53,984 bases of DNA from NCBI GenBank assembly GCA_044356455.1, contig JBIKWF010000016.1:1-53984 (forward strand). The letters run 5' to 3'. Below, in pieces: positions 10,414-20,326 of the stretch (within the stretch, counting starts at the first letter, position 1; each line of letters opens with the position of its first letter). The notes under the pieces were generated by a model. That model did not search any database. It had not been told where the DNA came from and saw only the letters and a list, made by a program, of their open reading frames with translations. Source of the DNA: Bdellovibrionota bacterium (GTDB taxonomy: Bacteria > Bdellovibrionota_C > UBA2361 > JBGSMV01). A program made the position numbers and the translations under genes.

Positions 10414-10430
10414 TGCAAGAGCCTTGCCGA
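10414..10430 (-). promoter_or_regulatory. Probable sigma54 promoter for the flgF operon
   Basis: Minus strand TCGGCAAGGCTCTTGCA has GG-N10-GC spacing with TTGCA. Confidence 0.6.
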
Positions 10431-10575
10431 GATTGAGAGTGGAGGCATGACCCGCCTTTGACGGGATGGCACCGGCAGCGGAAAGAAGAGAGCGACATGC
10501 ATCCCTCGGGTAGCTCAAGAGCTGAGGGGATGGTAAAGATGGGACCTAAAGGCCGGCCCCATTGAGTTTAGGATT

Positions 10576-11193
10576 ATGTATCCAACGTTAGAACAGCTCC
10601 TCGAAGCCCCCGACAAGGACCGGATGCTTGAAGTGCATAGGTCGCTCCGGTCAAACCTACCCGGAATTGCGCTTCTCCTCGCAAGCACGGCCTTTGTCTT
10701 TGCTATTAACCTCTCTGCCTGGCAGGCGAGCGAAGGGGCACCCCAAGATGCTTCCTACCTTACCTACTTTGGTTCTCTTCTGTTGAGCACGGGCATCCCA
10801 CCTACGGGCCTGCGCTGGCTAGGAATTGTTCCCGCAATCATTTTGCTCGAGCTATTTCGGCGCTTTAATGATGACCTTTACGTGTTTGCCCTTGAAAGTG
10901 CGACGCACTACGAAGGCCGGCTCTCACTGAGCTCGAGTGTCCCCTCTGTGAAATACGAGGATATAAAGGCCATAACCGTAGAGCAGAATTTGGTTGGTCG
11001 TCTTTTTGATTTTGGAAACATTCTTCTCGATACCCCCGCCCAAGATGGCGTAGAACTAACCGTTTCTGGGGTGCGATCTCCCTTAAGACTTGCGATGCTG
11101 ATTGAAGAGATGCGAGAAAACGCTATTCGCCAGCACCGCAGCGAGGCAGATGACCGCGCGGAAGAACGCAGGGTTGCTCCCGCGGAAGGGTAA
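10576..11193 (+). CDS. Membrane protein with bacterial PH (bPH_2-like) domain
   Basis: Two TM segments followed by YEDIKAITVEQNLVGRLFDFGNILLDT pattern. Confidence 0.75.
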   Translation: MYPTLEQLLEAPDKDRMLEVHRSLRSNLPGIALLLASTAFVFAINLSAWQASEGAPQDASYLTYFGSLLLSTGIPPTGLRWLGIVPAIILLELFRRFNDDLYVFALESATHYEGRLSLSSSVPSVKYEDIKAITVEQNLVGRLFDFGNILLDTPAQDGVELTVSGVRSPLRLAMLIEEMRENAIRQHRSEADDRAEERRVAPAEG

Positions 11194-11302
11194 GGAACCA
11201 CTGAAGAACGATCTCTCTTTTCAATCCTCTGTGGCGAGTGTGAACATTGCATTTTTGCCTTGCGCAAACTTACCGTGTGTATCGACGGCCACGTAACCAC
11301 AC

Positions 11303-12880
11303 ATGTCAAAATTTACTGAGCACACCTCACCTCAGAGAACCGATTCACCGCCGCGCCTCGTCTCGGGTTGCGCTCTTGGCATCCTCGCCGGGATACTTAT
11401 TGTAAACCTCCCTTGGCTCTATGGGGCCTGCGAAAGGGCGGGAGACTATGCCCTACTCCTTCTTCAAACGGAGCGCGCAAGACACTTTGCGGCGCTCGAA
11501 GGAGCCTATAGTCGCTTCCACTTCCGTCATCCTGCGCCTACCTACTTTTACGCCTACGCCTTGCTGAGCCCCCTTTTCTCTTGGGCATCCTCTGCACAGG
11601 GAGCTCTTTACGGCGCTCAGTTCCTCCTCAATTCATTTTTCCTTTGGGGCACCTTACGAGAATTAGAAAAGCACACGACATCTTCACGGCTCCCGCTGGC
11701 GCTCCTTGTGGCAATGCTCTGGGCCAGCGTTTCTCTAGGTGATGACATTATTTTCGATCCCTGGGGCCCTTCATCCGTGGTCTTCCCCTTTCTTGCCACT
11801 CTTGCGGGCCTCGCGACACTCGCCAGCGGCTCTCTCTCCGCGCTTTTCCTCCTCACCTCAGGTGCTCTCTTTTGTATCTCGAACCATCTCAGTACGGCGC
11901 CTGTGCTTATGGTGCTGTTTGCGGCCACCGCAATCAGCGCATGGAGGAATGGACGAGGGTCCGGGATGGTCTTTTCTCAAAGTGATAAAAGACAGGCCCT
12001 CTACTCAGTGCTCCTGCTCCTTGCGGTTGTCACTCCAGTCGCTCTTGAATCCTTAGCCTCTCCTGAGGGCGGCAATATCCGTGCCCTCGCAAACTTCTTT
12101 TCCTCTTCGCGACTAGAGTCATCCAAAACTGCGTATGAAGTCCTCGACTATGTCATGCGATATCTTTCAGCCCCGTTTGGCGAGTGGCGCAGCTTGCCTT
12201 CCATTGGCATTGGTTGCCTCGTTATCATCTCGGCGCTTTTTGCCTCACGAAGACAAGAGAAGGTAGCGAAACACCTCTGCTGGCTAAGCGTAAGTGCACT
12301 TGTTTTGATTTACGGAGCGGCCCTGCAAGCCCCGGGGAAACTGCATTCGTATCTTTTTCTCTTTGGCAGCGCCCCGGCTGCGGTTCTCCTTAGCCTCTCG
12401 CTGTCAATAATCACGGGCGGTATTCAACGAAAGAATATGACGCTTGCTGTGCTTCTTCTCGCAGGCTTTTGCAGCGCGGCCGCCTTCTACCAAAAGCCCA
12501 AGCAGTGTGGGGGAAAATATGAAACGCTTGTCAGCTCTCTGGCATTGCCCCAAGGCTCTTCGGTGCAAGTCGTACCACCTTCAGCAGAGGACTGGATACC
12601 CTTCGCTACTCTGACCTCGCTTCTCTATAGAAAAGGCTACGCCCCCTGCGTCGAACCCTCTTGGAGGTTCATGTTCACCTCCGATCTGGTGTGCAGCGCT
12701 TCCCCTGGTACTAAGATAGTGGTTGGCATGAAGCGGTCCATGGGACCGGACCTTGAGGAGCCGCGAGAGGCGGATTCTGCTCGCGCGGAAGGACGGGACT
12801 ATTCTAGGCGCCGAATTCTATCAGGCGATCTTGCGGCACTTGTGACAACAAACGCCCTCTCCCTTAAGCCACCTGGTTAG
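11303..12880 (+). CDS. Polytopic membrane protein, possible GT-C (ArnT/PMT-like) glycosyltransferase
   Basis: About 11-12 hydrophobic segments; first loop GDY...GAYSRFHFRHPAPTYFY resembles GT-C loops; soluble C-terminal domain. Confidence 0.55.
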   Translation: MSKFTEHTSPQRTDSPPRLVSGCALGILAGILIVNLPWLYGACERAGDYALLLLQTERARHFAALEGAYSRFHFRHPAPTYFYAYALLSPLFSWASSAQGALYGAQFLLNSFFLWGTLRELEKHTTSSRLPLALLVAMLWASVSLGDDIIFDPWGPSSVVFPFLATLAGLATLASGSLSALFLLTSGALFCISNHLSTAPVLMVLFAATAISAWRNGRGSGMVFSQSDKRQALYSVLLLLAVVTPVALESLASPEGGNIRALANFFSSSRLESSKTAYEVLDYVMRYLSAPFGEWRSLPSIGIGCLVIISALFASRRQEKVAKHLCWLSVSALVLIYGAALQAPGKLHSYLFLFGSAPAAVLLSLSLSIITGGIQRKNMTLAVLLLAGFCSAAAFYQKPKQCGGKYETLVSSLALPQGSSVQVVPPSAEDWIPFATLTSLLYRKGYAPCVEPSWRFMFTSDLVCSASPGTKIVVGMKRSMGPDLEEPREADSARAEGRDYSRRRILSGDLAALVTTNALSLKPPG

Positions 12881-12988
12881 GAGTGTGTCCCGTAGAAACA
12901 TAAATCTTCGTTTTAGACACAAGCCATAGATAGGCTTTCCCCTTACCAGAACAACATGCAATGGTAGAAATTTTAACGGGACAGACTC
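12881..12988. mobile_element. MITE family B copy 1 (108 bp)
   Basis: Ends GAGTGTGTCCCGT ... ACGGGACAGACTC, flanked by TTAG/CTAG; homologous along its length to 26526-26634 in inverted orientation. Confidence 0.7.
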
Positions 12989-13300
12989 CTAGCGTGGGTT
13001 GCCCCAAGACGCCACATCAAGAGATTTTTGTGCTTGCCCATTTTCGTCCAGAAAGACTACTTCCTCCCTGCACCGAGCAGAAAGCGTAAGCCCGTCGAGA
13101 GAGAGGTCTACCTCTATCTTCTGACCGTCTCTTCCAGCGACACTGACCTGTGTTTCCCTCCAGGGGATATCCCCTACTCGTCCTAATTTACTTATGTCCG
13201 TGCCAGGCACGGAGACTCTTACGAGCCCTGCGCGCTCCGGAACGAGCGCCACTGCGACAACTTTTTCGTGCCCAGAAATTAGCATGAAGCTAGACTGCAA
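12989..13300 (-). CDS. Hypothetical protein
   Basis: 103-aa ORF co-oriented downstream of the RidA gene; no motif recognised. Confidence 0.4.
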   Translation of the reverse strand: MQSSFMLISGHEKVVAVALVPERAGLVRVSVPGTDISKLGRVGDIPWRETQVSVAGRDGQKIEVDLSLDGLTLSARCREEVVFLDENGQAQKSLDVASWGNPR

Positions 13301-13330
13301 ATTCTAACTTAAAGAATCAATAGAAAAGTT

Positions 13331-13774
13331 CTAGGGAGCATTTGCTACGCTACGAAAAGCAAGGACCTTCATTTCAATGAAATTTTCGCCGGGTAAATCG
13401 AGAACAAAAACGGTAGTTCGAGCCGGAGGCGATTTGCTCTCTTTGAAGAACGCGTTCCAGACTTCATTCATTGCGGGGAAATCGGCTTTGTTTTTCATAA
13501 AGACAGTAACATCAACGATGCTGCTTCTTGTGAGACCCGCCGCGCTTAGTAACGCCTCCACGTTTCGAAATACACCTTCCGCTTGTGCGCGAATATCGTA
13601 GCGCTCAATCGATCCGTCTGGTTTACGACTAATGCCCGCACATAGATTACTCACGGCATCACGGCAGCCTTGCCCGGGAAGTAGAACGAGCCCATTGGGA
13701 AGCTCAATAACGCCATAATGCGCAAGCGCCTGAGGCGCGCCAGGTGCGTGAGATGCAAAATCAGGGGTGCTCAT
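13331..13774 (-). CDS. RidA/YjgF family enamine/imine deaminase
   Basis: DIRAQAEGVFRNVEALL...IVDVTVFM...DFPAMNEVW...PPARTTV...IEMKVLA. Confidence 0.9.
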   Translation of the reverse strand: MSTPDFASHAPGAPQALAHYGVIELPNGLVLLPGQGCRDAVSNLCAGISRKPDGSIERYDIRAQAEGVFRNVEALLSAAGLTRSSIVDVTVFMKNKADFPAMNEVWNAFFKESKSPPARTTVFVLDLPGENFIEMKVLAFRSVANAP

Positions 13775-14176
13775 GGACTCAGATTCTATGCACCACGGCT
13801 CATGAGGAGCAATATCATTAGACTCACGAAGCTTCGCGACTTGCAGGGTTCAGTCCTGACGACGGGGAACTGAGCCTTCGCTTCTCGATCTCTGCGCACA
13901 GAAATACGCCGCTTATCCCCGCTCTCTGGACGTTAAAAAATAATAAAAAGAAGGAGCAAAACCCCCAGTAGTCTTAGGGGTTTGCCAATTTCCCCTAAGA
14001 AATACTCTTCTCTCAGCGAGAATCCCTAAAGAAATGATACGAGTTTGACGTATTAGACACTTAGTAAGAAGGAATTTCCGCAGCCGTGCGTTCCAATCTC
14101 TTGCAGATTGCTGAAATCGAAGCGGCACGAAAATGAGGTTGAAATAACCAGTTTTAGATAGGTTGAAGGGGTCAAT

Positions 14177-14824
14177 ATGGAGCCGGTAAAGTTAATTGTT
14201 GCCGATGACCACGTAGTACTACGCCAAGCGCTTTGTGAAATGCTTCAAGGCGGCGGAAAATTTTCAGTGGTCGCACAAGCATCAGACGGAGAAGAGCTAC
14301 TAAGGCTCATCCAAGCAAATCCTGCCGATGTACTTGTCGTCGATGTAGAGATGCCCAATATGGATGGCATTAAGGCACTCGAGCACCTCCGCAATAACAA
14401 CTCTACGGTTCCCGTGCTCGTCTTCTCCGCTGACGAGAGCCCTTCAAATGTAAGGGCAGCACTCCAAGCCGGCGCCCGTGGCTTTCTTCCCAAAAATGCG
14501 AAGGCCGATGAGCTTGAGTTCGCGATTAACTCCGTGCTCCGCGGCAATACGTACCTCAGCCCATCAGTGACGAAAGCACTGATGCAACCAGACGGCACGC
14601 CTTCTGCGTCGGGTGCGAACTCACTTTCAGTGCTCACGAAGCGTGAAGTTGAAATTCTCAAACATCTCGCGGATGGAAAACCGAACCGCGTGATTGGGAA
14701 AATGCTGCACATCAGCACCAGAACGGTAGACACGCATCGCAGCAATATTCTTAAGAAGCTGAATGTGAAGACCAATGCCGAACTCGTGAAAATCGCGATC
14801 CAGGCAAAGCTCATCACAATCTGA
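14177..14824 (+). CDS. NarL/FixJ family response regulator (REC + LuxR HTH), no adjacent kinase
   Basis: VADDH, DVEMPNMDG, GARGFLPK; LTKREVEIL...ISTRTVDTHRSNILKKL. Confidence 0.95.
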   Translation: MEPVKLIVADDHVVLRQALCEMLQGGGKFSVVAQASDGEELLRLIQANPADVLVVDVEMPNMDGIKALEHLRNNNSTVPVLVFSADESPSNVRAALQAGARGFLPKNAKADELEFAINSVLRGNTYLSPSVTKALMQPDGTPSASGANSLSVLTKREVEILKHLADGKPNRVIGKMLHISTRTVDTHRSNILKKLNVKTNAELVKIAIQAKLITI

Positions 14825-14984
14825 GCTTCGTGAAAAAGGCGGCGAAGCCTCTCACCTCTTCCTCAGTGCCCTCGTGGCGGGGGAAGAGGTGCCTCATAGT
14901 GCCTCGCTCAGGACCCACCTGAACGTATCTTGGCCCATGGCAAAGGCCGTAATCCCTTTAAAGCCAGCCCTCCCATCATGCGAG

Positions 14985-15027
14985 TTGACGCCCCTTCCGC
15001 GCAGTTCTATAACTAGCCTAAATAGTT
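14985..15027 (+). promoter_or_regulatory. Sigma70-type promoter with overlapping inverted repeat (possible TetR autoregulatory operator)
   Basis: TTGACG-N17-TATAAC; AACTA-gcctaaa-TAGTT at 15011-15027. Confidence 0.6.
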
Positions 15028-15051
15028 CGACGTTTTTGAAAGGGATACGTA

Positions 15052-15729
15052 ATGGCCGAGGGCCGCTCATCAGACAAGGTCACAGCGCTAGAGAAAGACG
15101 GCACAGAGAGAGGGACCGCCTCGGGAGAATCTGCGGCTGCGAATGATTTTCAGGCCTTTAGCCCCCGCCAGCGCATTCTCGCCGCAGCTCTTAAGCTCTT
15201 TGTGGAGCAAGGTTATTTTAACACCAATGTCCCAGACCTCAGCCGGGTAAGTAAATGCAGCGTTGGGTCGATCTACCACACCTTCAAGAATAAAGAAGAA
15301 GTTGCCACAGCCCTCTACGAAGAAGGCATCAAGGCCTTTCGTAAGGCACTTATCACCTCCCTCGATTCCAAGGCCGAGGTCTCCGATCAAATACAGACTG
15401 TAGTGCGCTCGTTTCTGCAATTTTCTCAGGTGAATCATCAACTCTCGAAATATATCTGGCTTTGCCGGCACAACGAGTTCATGACGGGCATCATCAAACA
15501 CCCCACGATGGTTGGTTTTGATCCACTTGGCAGACTCCTCACCCGCACCTTTAAGCAAGGTATCCGCGACGGGAAGATTCGAAAGATGCGCGCAAATTTG
15601 CTTTGGAGCGCGGTTTTTGGCATCCCCCTCGCCTACGTTCGTGATTGGCTCGATGGGTATAACACTGAGCCTCCGGGGGATGTTGCCGCCGAACTAGCCG
15701 ATGCCTGCTGGCGAGCAATCAAGGCATAA
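15052..15729 (+). CDS. TetR/AcrR family transcriptional regulator
   Basis: RQRILAAALKLFVEQGY...SVGSIYHTFKNKEEV HTH. Confidence 0.93.
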   Translation: MAEGRSSDKVTALEKDGTERGTASGESAAANDFQAFSPRQRILAAALKLFVEQGYFNTNVPDLSRVSKCSVGSIYHTFKNKEEVATALYEEGIKAFRKALITSLDSKAEVSDQIQTVVRSFLQFSQVNHQLSKYIWLCRHNEFMTGIIKHPTMVGFDPLGRLLTRTFKQGIRDGKIRKMRANLLWSAVFGIPLAYVRDWLDGYNTEPPGDVAAELADACWRAIKA

Positions 15730-16256
15730 GAGCGCGCGCCCTGCCGCGTTTAGCGAAGCTCGAATGGTAACAATCGCACCCTGTCCTGTAGCCCTCTTTT
15801 AGGTGAGTGGCCGATGTTATTATTTTACAATCTGCATGCGCTAATAATACAAAATCAGACAGAGCTTTTCCTGCTTTGAGTAGCCAACTTCAAGCGTATT
15901 TACTCGTTGGGCCTGTGACGAATCAATAAAATTTTTGGATAAGAACTAGTCGTGCTCTAAGGATTTTTCTCCGGTTAAACAATAGGAAATTTCCTTGTTA
16001 AAGAAACGGACAAAGCTGCGTCCCCTAAAACCCCGATGGGTATTTCTCGATTACCATTTTCTTTCTACCTCCGAGACCTTTCGAAGTGACGCAATGTTTT
16101 CAAGCGACATTTTAAAGTTTGTCTTCAAAGCACCAAAATAGGCGTCAAATCGATGCGCCCGTATCAAATTCGTTGACTTCTCAAGGTGGGCGCGCAACAA
16201 CCCCGCGCACCCGTCAGTGATCGCACTCACGTGGTACCATTTTTAGGGAGAGCAGC

Positions 16257-17357
16257 TTGACCAGAAATACAATATCACGCACGGGCGCAGGTGTTTTTCT
16301 ATCTCTGTCGACTCTCATTTTACCTCCGCCAACATTGGCCGAGAATGCCATCGCTCAGCCTGTTGAAGCAGAGCCTCAAGTGCGCACCACCCCGGTACTT
16401 CAAGTCTCTCCACCAACTTTGGGATATAACGGGGTCCATGTTCGATTGGCCTCCGCCACTCTACTCGCCCTGACGACACCAATACGATTTGGCAGTTTGC
16501 GCCCTGACGACGTTATCCCTGGAATTTCTGCTCGATTCTCGCCACCGAACGAAGTTGATTCTCCCTTCGAAATTGTTGTCTCGCTGCGACTCGCTGACGC
16601 CGAAGAAGAGCCTTCCTATTCAGAGGCTCTAAAGATTCATCAAGGGAATCAAACTGAAGCTCCGACTACAGGCCCCTTGTCCGAGTACCGCGGTGCTTTT
16701 TCTATTCAATGGGCACGAGGACTACCACAAGCGTCTCAGGCCCTTATCGGAGAGGATGGGAAACAGGTAGTGGTGGCAGTGTCAACGTCGCCAGCAGGCG
16801 GTTCCAAAAACTCAGATCGTTCTTCCGAGCGAGCGGAGGCGGCTCTTGCGGATGCCCTGAAAATGATTGCCGTGCACGTCGTGAATTCGCCTACTAAGCC
16901 AGAGCATCTTCCCGACCGAAGCAGTTTTTCTATGCCACTGGGCGTAAGCTCTGAACTCCGAGCAGTGCTTGAGCCTGGATGGATAGTTTCCCAAGGGGAA
17001 GGACCAGAACGCGTTTCTCATCGAAGAATAGCGGTGCTCCGACATTCCTCCTCGGGTTCCGTAGTACATGTCTACCGAGTTTCTCCCGATTTCTCCCTTG
17101 CTGGTGCTAATACAACTACGAAGGAGAACTTAGACGCGATGCTTGTCTCGCTCGTTCCTGAACTAGGCACCAGCGAGCCAGGTATTACTGCTCCTTGCAG
17201 CTTCACGCCACGCGGACTAACTCGCGAGTGGCTGGTTACCAGGCGCTCATGGGGCTCTCTCGATACTAAGGCATCCCTTACAGAGAACAAAGCAGAGCAT
17301 GCCAAGGACGAATTCGTTTGGCCTTTACTGGAGGTGCAGCGACTACCCCTGCCTTAG
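16257..17357 (+). CDS. Secreted hypothetical protein
   Basis: TTG start with AGGGAG RBS; signal-peptide-like N-terminus; no recognised domain. Confidence 0.6.
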   Translation: MTRNTISRTGAGVFLSLSTLILPPPTLAENAIAQPVEAEPQVRTTPVLQVSPPTLGYNGVHVRLASATLLALTTPIRFGSLRPDDVIPGISARFSPPNEVDSPFEIVVSLRLADAEEEPSYSEALKIHQGNQTEAPTTGPLSEYRGAFSIQWARGLPQASQALIGEDGKQVVVAVSTSPAGGSKNSDRSSERAEAALADALKMIAVHVVNSPTKPEHLPDRSSFSMPLGVSSELRAVLEPGWIVSQGEGPERVSHRRIAVLRHSSSGSVVHVYRVSPDFSLAGANTTTKENLDAMLVSLVPELGTSEPGITAPCSFTPRGLTREWLVTRRSWGSLDTKASLTENKAEHAKDEFVWPLLEVQRLPLP

Positions 17358-17443
17358 TAGATTGAGCAGCCATCATTTGTCGAAAAAGTGAGGATTTAAG
17401 AGCCTGTTAACTCTTACCCTGAAGATTTTTTGGAAGTAAAACT

Positions 17444-18445
17444 ATGAAGAACTTTTCAACCTGCATACTTTTGTTGATTCTCTCTTTTGCCGGAACGCCT
17501 CTTGCGTTCTCCCAGCCTAAATCAGCGGGACCTATTCCGGGGACAGCACAAAGCGCGGTGATAGATTTCGACGACGAATTTCTTCCTCGGACAAAACCTT
17601 TGTGCACGCCTAAGCTCTATGGCCCCGGATTTGATTGTGATGACTACGCATACGCTTTCTGTCAGTCCGTAGGGTTTCAAAACTGCTGGGTGCTTGGACT
17701 TTTCTGGGAAAGGGATCAAAACAAATTTGCGCATGCCGTTCCAGTGACTCGACGAGAGGTACTCCCTGGATTTTACCAATATTGCATATATGACCCACAG
17801 TTCACTCGAGGCCGTCTGCCCTCCGAAGTGGTTTGCTGGTTCTCGACTTCTCCTGTGCCGGACTACGAGGCTTATCGAGATCAGATACTTGATGCAGCGT
17901 GCGGCCATTACCAAAGTTGGAGCTTTCCATGTCCTGATAATTGTGGCGCAGGAGGATGTAAGATTACCATCTGGGATCCTGCTACCAATTGGTGCAAGTT
18001 TTCCGGCGAGCCTCTTTGGTTTGAGTGTGGCTCGCCTCACGAGGTCACCCGGGCGTGCAATCTCCTGCGCGAGGGTGGTGGCGATCTTGCTTGCTGGCTG
18101 CCTTATTCGCTCCTTCCATGCGAGGACTATTACGGCACAGATGCCCCTGGTCCATGGGCCGAAGGCCCCCTGTGTGGTCCAGGCAACGAGGGTCAATTGC
18201 GAGCATGTATTTCAAGTGGCAGCGATTTGATTTTGACCCTGCAATGCCACGAGGGGGATTGGACACCAAGCCCACCCGTCCCCTTGTGTTCTGAGCTTGT
18301 GGGGCAACCGTGCCAAATCGAGCAACAGTCAGCAATTGATTGCCACGGCGGGGGGAATCAGATCACTCTCACCACCCTTACTTGCGAGCCCTGTTCTGCC
18401 ACTCCCCTGGTGTCTGGAGAAACGCGGATGTGTTGGTCGAGATAG
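17444..18445 (+). CDS. Secreted Cys-rich protein with a probable papain/transglutaminase-fold protease domain
   Basis: Signal peptide; FDCDDYA ... HAV ... IYDPQ (Cys-His-Asp order); more than 20 Cys. Confidence 0.6.
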   Translation: MKNFSTCILLLILSFAGTPLAFSQPKSAGPIPGTAQSAVIDFDDEFLPRTKPLCTPKLYGPGFDCDDYAYAFCQSVGFQNCWVLGLFWERDQNKFAHAVPVTRREVLPGFYQYCIYDPQFTRGRLPSEVVCWFSTSPVPDYEAYRDQILDAACGHYQSWSFPCPDNCGAGGCKITIWDPATNWCKFSGEPLWFECGSPHEVTRACNLLREGGGDLACWLPYSLLPCEDYYGTDAPGPWAEGPLCGPGNEGQLRACISSGSDLILTLQCHEGDWTPSPPVPLCSELVGQPCQIEQQSAIDCHGGGNQITLTTLTCEPCSATPLVSGETRMCWSR

Positions 18446-18536
18446 GTCCTGATTCTAGGAACGCTTGTACCTACTCTCACAACTCCCCACTGCGAGAGTG
18501 AGTTAAAGCCAAGAACAATAAAGGAATGCAGTTGCT

Positions 18537-19688
18537 ATGAGAAATATCTTTTTACGTATGAAAGTTTTGTCTTGCTCGATGCTGATAACAGTCATCGCTT
18601 TTTTTGGCCTGTTTTCTGGCTCGGTTCAGGCAGACGTAGTTTTTTGGACCTCTCAAGGCGAGGAACTTGCGAGCCATGTGGGCGCCCGCACCGGCGGCCT
18701 CATTGATCAGGGAAGGGGCATTGTTCGCTCCGCAATCGTGCCAGCTCTGATTAATGGGAACCCTTACGTGCAGCTCGATGTATTGGTCACGAACGCCCGA
18801 AACACCACCCTCACTTTCGATCCTAGTCGCTCGGCAGGCTACTATCCTGGACAGAATAGACTTATATGGGGTCAGACGATCGGCGCGTATGACGAGGCCG
18901 ATGTGCTCCTGCACGAAATGCGGCATGGAACTCAGGAGTTCTTTCGACACCCCTCTTCGCTTCTCCATAATCTCGACGATCCGATTCATACCGCGTTTGC
19001 GGAGATCGACGGCTGCCTCGCTAAATACGGTGGAGATGTCAGTTCTGCTATGACTTGTGCGATTGATCGCTATCAGGGAATCGGGTTCCTTCAGATCCAG
19101 GGGTTGCATCCCGACTTTAACGATATGCAAACCTTTGGGATGATTCGGCATCTCTCGAACGCTTGCGCTGGACCGATTATGGATTCCGCTGGGAATCTCA
19201 CCGCCTGTGGCGCTGGAAAGTATGAGGACGCTCTTCGTATGGTTTCCGACCCATCCTTCTCTCTTAGTCAGGCCGATTTGATCGTACCTGGCGGCGCGAG
19301 CCATGGAGCGACAAAGAAGATGTTATCGGCGATCTCCGCGATATCACATTGCCCGGGGGCGAAATATATTCCGTTCGTTGGCATCGGTGCTTCGCTTGTC
19401 TCAGTTCAGGAATCGTGGGCGATGGGGGATTACGAGGCAGCGATCGTAGAGGGCTGTACGAACATACCAGTCGTCGGCGATTTTGTAATCACACCCGCTC
19501 AGATCGTGGGCGACTACACTGTGGCTCCGCTATGTGAGTGGCTTGGAACTACCAATTGGCTCGCTAACCAATTGGTTGACCTGTATGATACAGGGAATTC
19601 AGGCGAGAACTGCACCGTCATCTATCTTCGAAAAGGACAGGAGAGCGTGAGCACTCCTGCTAACTCGAGGCAAACAGTCGAGCATTAG
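18537..19688 (+). CDS. Secreted zinc-metallopeptidase-like protein
   Basis: Signal peptide ending VQA; LLHEMRH (HExxH) with downstream AEIDG Glu; hydrophobic KYIPFVG/IPVVG C-terminal region. Confidence 0.6.
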   Translation: MRNIFLRMKVLSCSMLITVIAFFGLFSGSVQADVVFWTSQGEELASHVGARTGGLIDQGRGIVRSAIVPALINGNPYVQLDVLVTNARNTTLTFDPSRSAGYYPGQNRLIWGQTIGAYDEADVLLHEMRHGTQEFFRHPSSLLHNLDDPIHTAFAEIDGCLAKYGGDVSSAMTCAIDRYQGIGFLQIQGLHPDFNDMQTFGMIRHLSNACAGPIMDSAGNLTACGAGKYEDALRMVSDPSFSLSQADLIVPGGASHGATKKMLSAISAISHCPGAKYIPFVGIGASLVSVQESWAMGDYEAAIVEGCTNIPVVGDFVITPAQIVGDYTVAPLCEWLGTTNWLANQLVDLYDTGNSGENCTVIYLRKGQESVSTPANSRQTVEH

Positions 19689-19705
19689 GCTGAAGGGAGA
19701 ACCGT

Positions 19706-20041
19706 ATGGGACCAGCTACCGCCCCTCTGGAGTCCGTGCATGTGACCTTAGGAAGAGAGGCCCAGTGGTCTCAGGTAGTGGCGCTGCTATCGCAAACGTT
19801 GGCGCGAACTCCTCTAAAGGTTAACTGGCAGTTCGAGCTCACGAATGGCAGTGAGCGTAAGGTTATGCGCACCGTAGGCAAAGGCCAAGCACATGATATT
19901 TCCGAGGGATTCTCTTCTCCTGAAGGAGCAGAAATTCTTTCAGAAAGAGACGCGCTTTTGCCACTTCGCAGGAGGTGGGAGAGCCCTGAAACTCTTGACT
20001 CCAAATTTCTCACCACCTTGCGAGACGCCCTAAAAGGGTAA
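19706..20041 (+). CDS. Small hypothetical protein
   Basis: ATG with AGGGAG RBS, 17 bp after the previous stop. Confidence 0.5.
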   Translation: MGPATAPLESVHVTLGREAQWSQVVALLSQTLARTPLKVNWQFELTNGSERKVMRTVGKGQAHDISEGFSSPEGAEILSERDALLPLRRRWESPETLDSKFLTTLRDALKG

Positions 20042-20079
20042 CTCAAGTTAACTATCTGAGTTGATCGGGAAATTAGGCA

Positions 20080-20170
20080 TAAAGCGCCGAGCGATAGCGA
20101 GTGTGTCCCGCTCGTTGGTGAAAAAGGCAACTATCCGCATCATGGCTTTGCAGCGAGGGCACCCGTCTCT
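20080..20170 (-). pseudogene. Possible IS91-family transposase C-terminal relic
   Basis: Translates to GCPRCKAMMRIVAFFTNERDTLAIARRF, resembling the CPxCxxxMRIIAFI tail of IS91-like transposases. Confidence 0.45.
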
Positions 20171-20326
20171 GCTCTCGCCGAGCCAAGGTATTGGCCAGGA
20201 GTTTAAAACAAAAAGAGCTCGTGATTTCCGTGAGCTCCTTCGGCGCGCGGGGCCGTTTCTGACCTGAGGACGAGGTGCGTCGGAGTCACCCAACTTTCGA
20301 TTCCCCGCATGGCCCTCGGGTTTACG

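Noticed and set aside
15975..16055. c-di-GMP-I riboswitch-like words (ggaaat, ggacaaagc, ctaa) upstream of the secreted cluster
   Set aside because: Could not build the P1/P2 pairing or tetraloop-receptor; aagctgcgtcccc also recurs near 26496, suggesting a repeat relic
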